A stretch of 20,000 nt of DNA, taken from the IMG/VR virus record IMGVR_UViG_3300032560_000008. The stretch is one strand, 5' to 3'. Below are positions 7,009 to 14,143 of the stretch, piece by piece. The number at the start of each line of letters is the position of its first letter. The first letter of the stretch is position 1. Under the pieces are notes generated by a model. The model ran no database searches, was not told the DNA's origin, and saw nothing but the letters and a program-made list of their open reading frames with translations. This DNA is from an uncultured virus (IMG/VR IMGVR_UViG_3300032560_000008) (lineage: Duplodnaviria; Heunggongvirae; Uroviricota; Caudoviricetes). Both the position numbers and the translations under genes were made by a program.

Positions 7009-8466
7009 TTAGTGACCCATTGCTTTAAGCATTGATGCACGACTAGCGCGAATAGCTGAAACAAATGCTTCCTTTTCCGCGGGCGTTCTTTTGACATTAT
7101 GTGCATTATCAAGCATACGAGCAACATCAGGTGTCAACACTGTTTCTTCACCGTTCTCGTGTTTTAGTGTTGTTTTAGCACCACCAGCCATAGAATTACG
7201 GGCTTGACGAATTCTATTGATTACATTAGAATTTGCTTCCGTATCATCATCTTCTGGCTTTTCAATAGGATTCTTTCGTGGTCGACCGCGACCTTCATCT
7301 AATACTGATTCTTCACCAAAAATTTTCTTTGTAGCACCCTTTATAATCTTTTCAATTTCCTTTGCACGACCAGGATGTTCTTGTGTGTTATGAACTTCTA
7401 AACTTTTTTCATTGCTTTCCTTCATACCGTGTGCGCGAAGTTCTTTAAAATCTTCAGCATCAATCTTCTTAGGATTACCAGCTAGTGCAGCAATTTTCTT
7501 CTGCTTTGGTGATAATTCCTCTTTCATTCCGCAAGTGCACATTTTCTTTTTGCACTTCTTGCATTTTTCCTGAAGATAACCAGATGTTGTCGGTCCAAGT
7601 CCTCTGGAACCGCCTTGATCATTTGTGTTATATGATTGCTTGCCATCACTTGAACCATATGGTGCTTCATTTAAACCAAGTGAAGCAGCTAATTCTTCAA
7701 GTGTTTCAAGTTCATCATCAGAAAAGTTTACATCTTCCGCCATCTTTTTCTGTTCATTTTTTTCTTTATTTACTTTTGATTTTTCCTTTTCTTCCTCTTC
7801 AGATCCACTTTCCTCACCATCAATGTCCTTATTATCCTTTTTAACTTCTTCATTAGCAGTTAACTGCTTTAAAGAAGGTTCAATCTTTACATCAGTCTTA
7901 CCACCAGCAGTAATCTTCTTTGGATCACCAGGATGAGATTCCATGGTCTTTTCCAAAATTGCTCGGGTAGTTTCAATGACTGAAGTAGGTAGACCAAATT
8001 TATTATCTGAAAACACGGCTTGTTTCTCCTCTAAAACTTTTGATACAATACTTGCATTTCTTCCAAGAGTTGATTTTTCTGAAGTTGGTTCTGCTGAATT
8101 CTCTCGTGCAACATTCTCAACTTTTCTACGTTTTTCAGTACCTTCTGGAACTGAATCAGTTTCTTTTTCTTCTTCCGCATATACTTTGCCAGTATGTTTC
8201 CGAATTTTTTCAGCATGTTTTCTATCGGCAATAGTATCTTCACGTTGTTTCTTTGCATTCTGAGAAGCATTTCTTGCAGCATCATCTTTATTTTGCACAC
8301 GGATATTTGATAAATGCTGAAGTCTGCCAATTGGTCTACCAGGACCTTGCTGGATAGGACTGCCAATATCTGTGCCTGTTACATTCCCTTTCATGTGGGA
8401 ATAACCAGTAGCACTTTCTTTTACAACAGCCCGAATAACGTTTTCTAGTGATCTATATTTTTCCAT
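7009..8466 (-). CDS. Large charged low-complexity protein, probable prohead core/internal polyprotein (start moved to MEKYRS)
   Basis: Many hydrophobic-x-E sites (VKE, LEE, LNE, LQE, MKE, LDE), EELSPKQKKI...KIDAEDFKxLR module, CxxC/CxC cluster, AT-hook GRGRPRK. Confidence 0.7.
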   Translation of the reverse strand: MEKYRSLENVIRAVVKESATGYSHMKGNVTGTDIGSPIQQGPGRPIGRLQHLSNIRVQNKDDAARNASQNAKKQREDTIADRKHAEKIRKHTGKVYAEEEKETDSVPEGTEKRRKVENVARENSAEPTSEKSTLGRNASIVSKVLEEKQAVFSDNKFGLPTSVIETTRAILEKTMESHPGDPKKITAGGKTDVKIEPSLKQLTANEEVKKDNKDIDGEESGSEEEEKEKSKVNKEKNEQKKMAEDVNFSDDELETLEELAASLGLNEAPYGSSDGKQSYNTNDQGGSRGLGPTTSGYLQEKCKKCKKKMCTCGMKEELSPKQKKIAALAGNPKKIDAEDFKELRAHGMKESNEKSLEVHNTQEHPGRAKEIEKIIKGATKKIFGEESVLDEGRGRPRKNPIEKPEDDDTEANSNVINRIRQARNSMAGGAKTTLKHENGEETVLTPDVARMLDNAHNVKRTPAEKEAFVSAIRASRASMLKAMGH

Positions 8467-8470
8467 TTTT

Positions 8471-8908
8471 TTAACTCTTTGTGATTGACCGGAGCATCCA
8501 AGCATGCTTATGGTGCTTGTCGATCCTGTCTTGGAGGAAATTTGCTAGGCCTACACAATCAGTTTTTTCTGCTAATTTTTGAGCAGTTCTAAGCTCATTG
8601 ATTAAAGCATTATTATTAATTTCAAGTTCTTTGACCATTTTTAATGCTGTAGGAATATTAATCTGATCTTCAACAACACTCAACTGAAGAAGTCTTGAAA
8701 GACTGCCAGGAGCATATGCATCTAACGTACGAATTTCTTCTGCAATTTTATCAACTGCTTTCCATGCATCAGTATAAATTGTTTCAAAAAAGGAATGGAG
8801 TTGAGGGAAATATACTCCCTCAACATTCCAATGAAACCCATGACTCTTTAGATAGAAAGCAAATGTGCTAGCTAGCACAACTTTCATCTTTTCAATTAAT
8901 TCATTCAT
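8471..8908 (-). CDS. dps: Dps-family ferritin-like protein
   Basis: HWNVEG.YF.QLH.FFE..Y...D.IAE.IR ferroxidase signature and C-terminal KHAWML; 145 aa. Confidence 0.92.
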   Translation of the reverse strand: MNELIEKMKVVLASTFAFYLKSHGFHWNVEGVYFPQLHSFFETIYTDAWKAVDKIAEEIRTLDAYAPGSLSRLLQLSVVEDQINIPTALKMVKELEINNNALINELRTAQKLAEKTDCVGLANFLQDRIDKHHKHAWMLRSITKS

Positions 8909-8911
8909 AGA

Positions 8912-9094
8912 TTATACAATCTTCTTAACGTCTGTTGTTACGGTATTTGCTGCAGTTGCAATATCCTTCTTGGCAGTTGCAACTGCAGTTTCTTCAATCT
9001 TTGTCACTGTTTGCTTATTTTCAATTAATTCACGAATCATATAATATACCACACAAGCGCCCAATGCACCTAATACTAAGTATAATACTTCCAT
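8912..9094 (-). CDS. Small membrane-anchored protein (start moved to MEVLYL)
   Basis: N-terminal TM segment VLYLVLGALGACVVYYMI followed by a Thr/Ala/Lys tail. Confidence 0.65.
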   Translation of the reverse strand: MEVLYLVLGALGACVVYYMIRELIENKQTVTKIEETAVATAKKDIATAANTVTTDVKKIV

Positions 9095-9095
9095 T

Positions 9096-9302
9096 TTATT
9101 TCCGTCCCTTGTGTTTGAGTTCATGTAAATGGTTTACATATTCATCAAGTTCTTGCATAAACTGTTCTTTACTTATCATATGTATCTCTGGTCTATTTAT
9201 TATTTTTTTCTTTTGAATTATTATTGGAGGTTCATTTTCAATTAGTCTAGTCTCATCACACCCAAGCATATTTGTAATTTTTTTCCAAATACCCTTTAGC
9301 AT
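9096..9302 (-). CDS. Hypothetical protein (start moved to MLKGIW)
   Basis: Strong SD AAGGAG upstream of ATG 9302; the longer track ORF overlaps 9325..9486. Confidence 0.65.
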   Translation of the reverse strand: MLKGIWKKITNMLGCDETRLIENEPPIIIQKKKIINRPEIHMISKEQFMQELDEYVNHLHELKHKGRK

Positions 9303-9324
9303 GAGATGCTCCTTTATTGAGTTA

Positions 9325-9486
9325 TTATTTTCCTCCACCTCCGGAACTACCGCTTTTACCCGGATACATCTTCTTAATTTTACCATCGGCCATACGAATA
9401 GGCACTTTATGAATAATCATTTCGGTGCCATCAGCTTCTCTAACTTTGAGTTCAGTAATAAACTCTTTGAATTTTAACAATTCCAT
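9325..9486 (-). CDS. Small protein with capsid-targeting-like N-terminus (53 aa, not in ORF track)
   Basis: MELLKFKEFITELKVREADGTEMIIHKVPIRMADGKIKKMYPGKSGSSGGGGK*; alternative TTG start at 9480 gives MLKFKEFITE. Confidence 0.75.
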   Translation of the reverse strand: MELLKFKEFITELKVREADGTEMIIHKVPIRMADGKIKKMYPGKSGSSGGGGK

Positions 9487-10055
9487 GCCCTTCTCGACCA
9501 ATAGTTAGCACTTGTTTTCTTTGTTAAATTTCCTTGTCCAGATGATCTAGCACAATATGATCGTTTCCGAGCAGGAATATCCTTCTTAATACTGAGATGT
9601 TTATCACCAAAGTTCACTTTTTTGACGTTACCAGTTTCAGGATCTTTGACATATACCTTAGACTTTTTAACGTCGCCTTTCATCGGCTTATTTAGGGGAA
9701 CTTCTTTCCCGTGATAAAGTGCTTCTTTAACTACTCTTTTGACGATTTGACCAGGTGTTTCTGATTTATAAGTATTTGCAAGAGATGTTGAACCGTCAAA
9801 TCTTGAATCTGCATCAGATGAATTTACAGATTGTTTTTCACTATCCTGAGGTGTTTTAATATGCTTTGAAGATGCATGAGCATGATCAGAAGTTTCTGGT
9901 TTTTTTGTTTCTTCTGTTTGTGAATTTTTAAAATCGGCTTGTGTAGGTGCACCCTTGGAGCCTGGTTTTCTCATATGTTCCCCAGATCCATGTTTAATAC
10001 GTTCACGTTTTGCATGAATATTATACCAAAGGCCTTTTCTTTCTTCCGTCATCAT
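9474..10055 (-). CDS. Conserved basic phage protein of unknown function
   Basis: Modules GLWxNIHAKR...MRKPGSKGAP and LNKP...KKSKVYVK...KKVNFGD...YCAR...ANYWS, joined by Glu-containing linkers. Confidence 0.8.
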   Translation of the reverse strand: MMTEERKGLWYNIHAKRERIKHGSGEHMRKPGSKGAPTQADFKNSQTEETKKPETSDHAHASSKHIKTPQDSEKQSVNSSDADSRFDGSTSLANTYKSETPGQIVKRVVKEALYHGKEVPLNKPMKGDVKKSKVYVKDPETGNVKKVNFGDKHLSIKKDIPARKRSYCARSSGQGNLTKKTSANYWSRRAWNC

Positions 10056-10062
10056 CTTTCCC

Positions 10063-10701
10063 CTATTTTTTACTTATTTTTTTCTTTTCAAACTTTTTCA
10101 TACCATTCTGAACATCTCTCATCATTTCATCTTTTTGATCTGGTGTCATATTTGATGGTGCTCCAGCATGAAATGTTTCTTTATCACCCCTTTCTGCCGC
10201 GGCTCTCATTTTGGTTCCGGAAATACCTGTTACATCTTCCGCGTCTGGATCTCTTTCACCTGCCGATACAACATTGATCCCTTTAAAATTATAATAGCCA
10301 TGGGCACCAGTTTGTCCATTATACTTGTGTATGAGATTCCGGAATCCTTCCACTCTATCTTGACCACCAACAACAGTTACATGTGTTACACCTTGTTTGT
10401 GAAGATTTGCAAGATGATGAAGCAAAGTTGGTTGTTCAACAGATGATGTAGATATATTCATATCTGGCCATGCTCTTTTGGCATGTTTGAGTTTTTGTTC
10501 AGGTGTGAGTGGATTTTTAGCATCATGAGAATGTGATAGTACTATTGAATGACTACCACCAACTTTTTTTGCTTCACTCTTTACTGTATCAATAACTTCT
10601 CCATGACCTTCCGTAGGAGGTTGGAATCGGACGGAAGGAGCAGTTACATGATGCTTTTCATATGATTCAAAAATGATCCTTTTAATTCTACTTAGAAGCA
10701 T
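10063..10701 (-). CDS. HIGH-superfamily cytidylyltransferase-like nucleotidyltransferase (start moved to MLLSRI)
   Basis: RFQPPTEGH (HxGH variant), KNPL, VVGGQDRV, SAGERDPD and ISGTKMR motifs. Confidence 0.85.
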   Translation of the reverse strand: MLLSRIKRIIFESYEKHHVTAPSVRFQPPTEGHGEVIDTVKSEAKKVGGSHSIVLSHSHDAKNPLTPEQKLKHAKRAWPDMNISTSSVEQPTLLHHLANLHKQGVTHVTVVGGQDRVEGFRNLIHKYNGQTGAHGYYNFKGINVVSAGERDPDAEDVTGISGTKMRAAAERGDKETFHAGAPSNMTPDQKDEMMRDVQNGMKKFEKKKISKK

Positions 10702-11917
10702 CAGAAGTCCCTTTCTTCTGAAATGCACCAGAACCAGTCAAATTGGCCTGAGCAAACCCACCTTCACCACGATTTACAAACTTGGTCATATTACCTTCTT
10801 TATCAACCGCAACAGCACCTTCAGGTAAAGTAGGTTTTCCATTGATGCTATTCTCAAACTTACTATTTTTGGCCATTACACCAGTAAGAATATTTTTGGC
10901 TTCTTGGAAATGATGATGAAGATCAAGTATTTTCTTGAAATGTTCTTTGTTGGCATTCACGTGATCTAATTTCTTAGAGAAATCTTGTTTCTTTCTATCA
11001 ATCGCTGCTTGTGTTTTAAGTTTAGAAATTTCCTTTTCATGTCGATCTTTTAGGAAATTCATATAACCTTCAGTAGAAGGTTTACCACCTTTTCGTACTT
11101 GATCATTTACATGAGATTCCAAAGCCGCTTCATGACCATGAATTGCCTCAAATGCTTCAGGCTTCATACTCTGATATGTTTTTCTAATTGCTTCTTTATG
11201 CATAGCAAATTTCTTTTGTTCTTCTGGAGTATAATTGTTTGTATTCACCTTTTGAGTAGGATCAATATTATTAACATCCGGATGATCTATGAATTCAGCT
11301 CTTCTTTTGGCACTCAAAGGTGTTGCCGACATATTCTGTAAAGGCCCTTTACCTTTATATTCTGTATGCATTACAACACCGATTTTTGAATTTGTTACTT
11401 TTCTTCCTTCAGCAGAATTTTTATCAGTAGAATATGTAATTGTATTTGGAGTAAAACTAATCTTTCCACCATTTTTCTTAATATCACCCTTTCCATGCAT
11501 CATATCACCTTGAAAAACACCACCAGTCTTTGGCATAATTTTTGGAAGATGATATAGTGCTTCTTTGAGTTTTGACACCAAACCTGGGGCATGACCATGG
11601 TTTCGTTCAATATCTTCATTTGTATAATTGATTTTTGGATTTTTATTAAAAGCAGATTTGGAAGCTACAAAGAATTTTCCAGTTTCTGGATGTGTTCCAT
11701 ATACTATACTTGGAGCACCATCATATTTTGTTGAAATATGAGTTGATGTTTCTTTCCCAAGAAGATGATTGTGCGCATCATCTAAAAATTTTGATGCTCT
11801 TCTTACACCTTCATGACCATCATAAAGAATATTATCTTCTAGATGACGAAGATGAGTGAGAGGTTTACCTGTAGCAGATTCTTCATTCTCTATAAGAAAA
11901 TTTCTAAATGTTAACAT
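10688..11917 (-). CDS. Conserved T4-like protein with ATP-dependent ligase-like covalent nucleotidyltransferase motifs
   Basis: HLxHLED N-motif, motif I TKYDGAP (KxDG), FQGDMM, late EGAV (motif IV-like) and KFVNR (motif V-like). Confidence 0.7.
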   Translation of the reverse strand: MLTFRNFLIENEESATGKPLTHLRHLEDNILYDGHEGVRRASKFLDDAHNHLLGKETSTHISTKYDGAPSIVYGTHPETGKFFVASKSAFNKNPKINYTNEDIERNHGHAPGLVSKLKEALYHLPKIMPKTGGVFQGDMMHGKGDIKKNGGKISFTPNTITYSTDKNSAEGRKVTNSKIGVVMHTEYKGKGPLQNMSATPLSAKRRAEFIDHPDVNNIDPTQKVNTNNYTPEEQKKFAMHKEAIRKTYQSMKPEAFEAIHGHEAALESHVNDQVRKGGKPSTEGYMNFLKDRHEKEISKLKTQAAIDRKKQDFSKKLDHVNANKEHFKKILDLHHHFQEAKNILTGVMAKNSKFENSINGKPTLPEGAVAVDKEGNMTKFVNRGEGGFAQANLTGSGAFQKKGTSDASK

Positions 11918-11918
11918 T

Positions 11919-12914
11919 TTATGAATGTCCTAAATGTTTTGCAAAATCTTGTAAATGGTCATCACGATCTAAATTTATAGGACTTCTAATTAAACCGTGT
12001 TTTCCATGAATTTGAAACATAACAGTTCTGGATCTTTTATTACCTTCTTGCTTTTGACGAATGGTCCATTTTCCTTTTCCTTTTAATCTTGGGAGTCCAA
12101 AACCAGTTTTATCTTTACTTCCTACTCTATATGTTCCATGACCTTCACCTATGTGAACAACATCAGCATCATGATCTTTCAAATACGCTTCAGCTGGTGA
12201 TAAATCCGGGTGTGGCATTGTAATGCTTCTTGCTCTACCTGAAGCAGTAGTTTCAACTGCATCCGGATCCGGATGATGTTTATTCATATATTCTAAAATA
12301 CCTCTTTCTTCTATTGCTTTAGCATATTCTGGTCTTGCATCTCGTAATTCATCGGGAATATGCCATCCCACCTTACCTGTTTTAGGATGTTTTCCAAATT
12401 TAATTGTACCTTGTCCAAGTGCCGCGGTTTCGTTTAGCTTTACTTCACCATTATATATAGCCCGGCCTTTATGAATTGTTCCTTTCTTTTTATTTAAAAA
12501 TGGGACATCTGTTCCAGCTGTAGAACCTGCAGGATTATGGCCGGGAGGTACAAGACCTATATTTCTACATCTATTAAAAAAATGTTTTTCATACTTATGG
12601 CCTTCATTTTCTGTTTGGGCCCCAGGCTTATCTAACTTTGAAATAGGCACAGTAATTTTTTTTCTTGAGCCAGGTCGACTTACTGTTACATGATGGACAC
12701 CTTTATCATCAATATGATGAGAATGTAATGTTACTTGTTCACCTACATTTAAATCATCATGTTTTGAGGCCATAATATGTGTGCCTTGCTTTGAATGCTT
12801 AGCAGCTCCGGACAAATATGGTTTTACATATTTTTCAAAATGACGATTGCCTACAAAACCAGAAGCCGTCATTTTAGATTCTGCAATGATTTGAAATTCA
12901 GTAAATTTTAACAT
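11919..12914 (-). CDS. Putative PD-(D/E)xK nuclease-fold protein with His-rich N-terminal domain
   Basis: GHKYE helix, then AGSTAGTDV, then GEVKL (E...D...ExK pattern). Confidence 0.55.
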   Translation of the reverse strand: MLKFTEFQIIAESKMTASGFVGNRHFEKYVKPYLSGAAKHSKQGTHIMASKHDDLNVGEQVTLHSHHIDDKGVHHVTVSRPGSRKKITVPISKLDKPGAQTENEGHKYEKHFFNRCRNIGLVPPGHNPAGSTAGTDVPFLNKKKGTIHKGRAIYNGEVKLNETAALGQGTIKFGKHPKTGKVGWHIPDELRDARPEYAKAIEERGILEYMNKHHPDPDAVETTASGRARSITMPHPDLSPAEAYLKDHDADVVHIGEGHGTYRVGSKDKTGFGLPRLKGKGKWTIRQKQEGNKRSRTVMFQIHGKHGLIRSPINLDRDDHLQDFAKHLGHS

Positions 12915-12927
12915 CTATTTTCAATCC

Positions 12928-13695
12928 CTATTGATGTCTGATAGTTTTAATTGTTGTTTGGCCTGTGTGATCATTATGTGTAACTATATGTGAATATAGT
13001 CTAACACCTGGATGATCTTCTTTGAGTTTAGCAAAATGTTCATGATTCCCCAAATCATCATCATAAAGATGAATTTCATTATAACCATGTTTCTTTATAA
13101 GATCTGATAATACTTTTCTTTTTCTATCACCTGTAGAAGTACCTTCAACATTCCCTGCTCTGTATACATGTGTTTTAGATATATCTATACCATATTTTTT
13201 CATCGTATGAGCAAATTTTTGCTTATCATCAAGATCTGATCGAGCAGTAAGTATTGAAGTATTATGACCAGAATTTTTCAATCTATTTAATAAATTGATC
13301 ATTTTTGGAATTGGTTTAGCAGTGCTTGCAAATTTCTTAGATGATTTAAAATCCTTGAAATCGTATCGTTCACCCGGATTTAATTTATTTTTATTAAATT
13401 GTTGATTAGACAAACTTTTTACAATATTGCCATTTGAATCACGAACATGGATTCTTAATTTTTTCGGATCATGTGCAAATAGTGTCTCGTCAACATCAAA
13501 AAAATGAGCAGTTTTTTGCACTGATTCTTCAAAATAAGCTTCAAGTTCTTTTGATACAACATCATTACCTTTGCCAAAAAAATGAGCAGTTGCTGCAACT
13601 GCATTAGGATCTCTTTTAATTGAATTAAAATGCTCTCTTTGATCTGGTGTCAATTCTTCAGAAAGAATATTTTTTAATTTAGAGAATGTTAGCAT
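12928..13695 (-). CDS. HAD-superfamily phosphatase (PNKP/RNA-repair HAD-like)
   Basis: Motif I FDVDETL, motif II ILTAR, motif III Lys (DRKRK), motif IV LYDDD. Confidence 0.85.
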   Translation of the reverse strand: MLTFSKLKNILSEELTPDQREHFNSIKRDPNAVAATAHFFGKGNDVVSKELEAYFEESVQKTAHFFDVDETLFAHDPKKLRIHVRDSNGNIVKSLSNQQFNKNKLNPGERYDFKDFKSSKKFASTAKPIPKMINLLNRLKNSGHNTSILTARSDLDDKQKFAHTMKKYGIDISKTHVYRAGNVEGTSTGDRKRKVLSDLIKKHGYNEIHLYDDDLGNHEHFAKLKEDHPGVRLYSHIVTHNDHTGQTTIKTIRHQ

Positions 13696-13730
13696 AAATT
13701 ACATCCTAAGCAATAAAAGGAATTTTGATC

Positions 13731-13738
13731 TATTTATA
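13731..13738 (-). promoter_or_regulatory. T4-type late promoter TATAAATA for the HAD/nuclease/ligase operon
   Basis: Perfect gp55 consensus about 35 nt upstream of ATG 13695, with TAGGA SD in between. Confidence 0.85.
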
Positions 13739-13774
13739 AAAAGAAAGGTCGACCCTTTCGAGCCGACCTTCTTT
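13738..13774 (-). terminator. Intrinsic terminator with GAAA tetraloop
   Basis: AAGGUCGGCUC-GAAA-GGGUCGACCUU (11 bp including 2 G-U) followed by UCUUUUU. Confidence 0.85.
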
Positions 13775-13884
13775 AAAAGCATACAATGCCGGGAGGAACC
13801 CCACCTATGATCCCCGACTGTTCCTTTGCTATTATAGTCTCTGTGCCTCTTACGCTTCATGAAGCGCATAATGTATGCTCATGT
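13738..13884 (-). ncRNA. Putative late-expressed structured small RNA (~145 nt)
   Basis: Own late promoter and terminator, GC-richer than flanks, closing stem AGCAUACA/UGUAUGCU, internal hairpin and two further complementary pairs; no SD-led ORF. Confidence 0.7.
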
Positions 13885-13889
13885 GAATT

Positions 13890-13897
13890 TATTTATA
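13890..13897 (-). promoter_or_regulatory. T4-type late promoter TATAAATA driving the putative ncRNA
   Basis: Perfect consensus in an AT-rich intergenic context with no CDS before the next terminator. Confidence 0.8.
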
Positions 13898-13933
13898 CAA
13901 TAAAATTGTTATTATTTTAAAATAATATTTTTT

Positions 13934-14143
13934 TTATTCAATAGCTTTGTAATCTTTATATCGGTCATCACGGTTACCAGGATTTAATCTTACAATATTC
14001 AAATTTTCCTTTCTGATGACTTCAAGAACACGATATGCTGCTCTATCACATGTTACTTGCCTAATAAGTACTCCTTCAAAATCTTCAATTTCATCTTGAA
14101 TAGCACATGAAATTAGTTTTGACAATCTTTCTCTGTCTACCAT
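13934..14143 (-). CDS. Hypothetical protein
   Basis: 69 aa, TAATG-coupled to the gp41 stop. Confidence 0.65.
   Translation of the reverse strand: MVDRERLSKLISCAIQDEIEDFEGVLIRQVTCDRAAYRVLEVIRKENLNIVRLNPGNRDDRYKDYKAIE

Noticed and set aside
9194..9201. AATAAATA inside ORF 9096..9302 as an additional late promoter
   Set aside because: One mismatch, intragenic and in AT-rich sequence, so it cannot be distinguished from chance.
13777..13830. Resemblance of the ncRNA to RNase P RNA (AAGGAACAGUCGGG vs GAGGAAAGUCCGGG; CCCGGC just before the closing stem)
   Set aside because: Far too short, lacks the ACAGAA element of CR-V and the P4 bulged U. Noted as a curiosity and not called.
13699..13882. Possible peptides in the ncRNA region (MSIHYALHEA*, and a 53-aa MKRKRHRD... 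frame)
   Set aside because: No SD; the longer frame runs through the terminator and the next promoter. RNA structure explains the sequence better.
13898..13933. AT-only palindrome (attattttaaaataat) as origin or terminator
   Set aside because: Expected by chance in very AT-rich intergenic DNA; more likely just promoter-upstream sequence.
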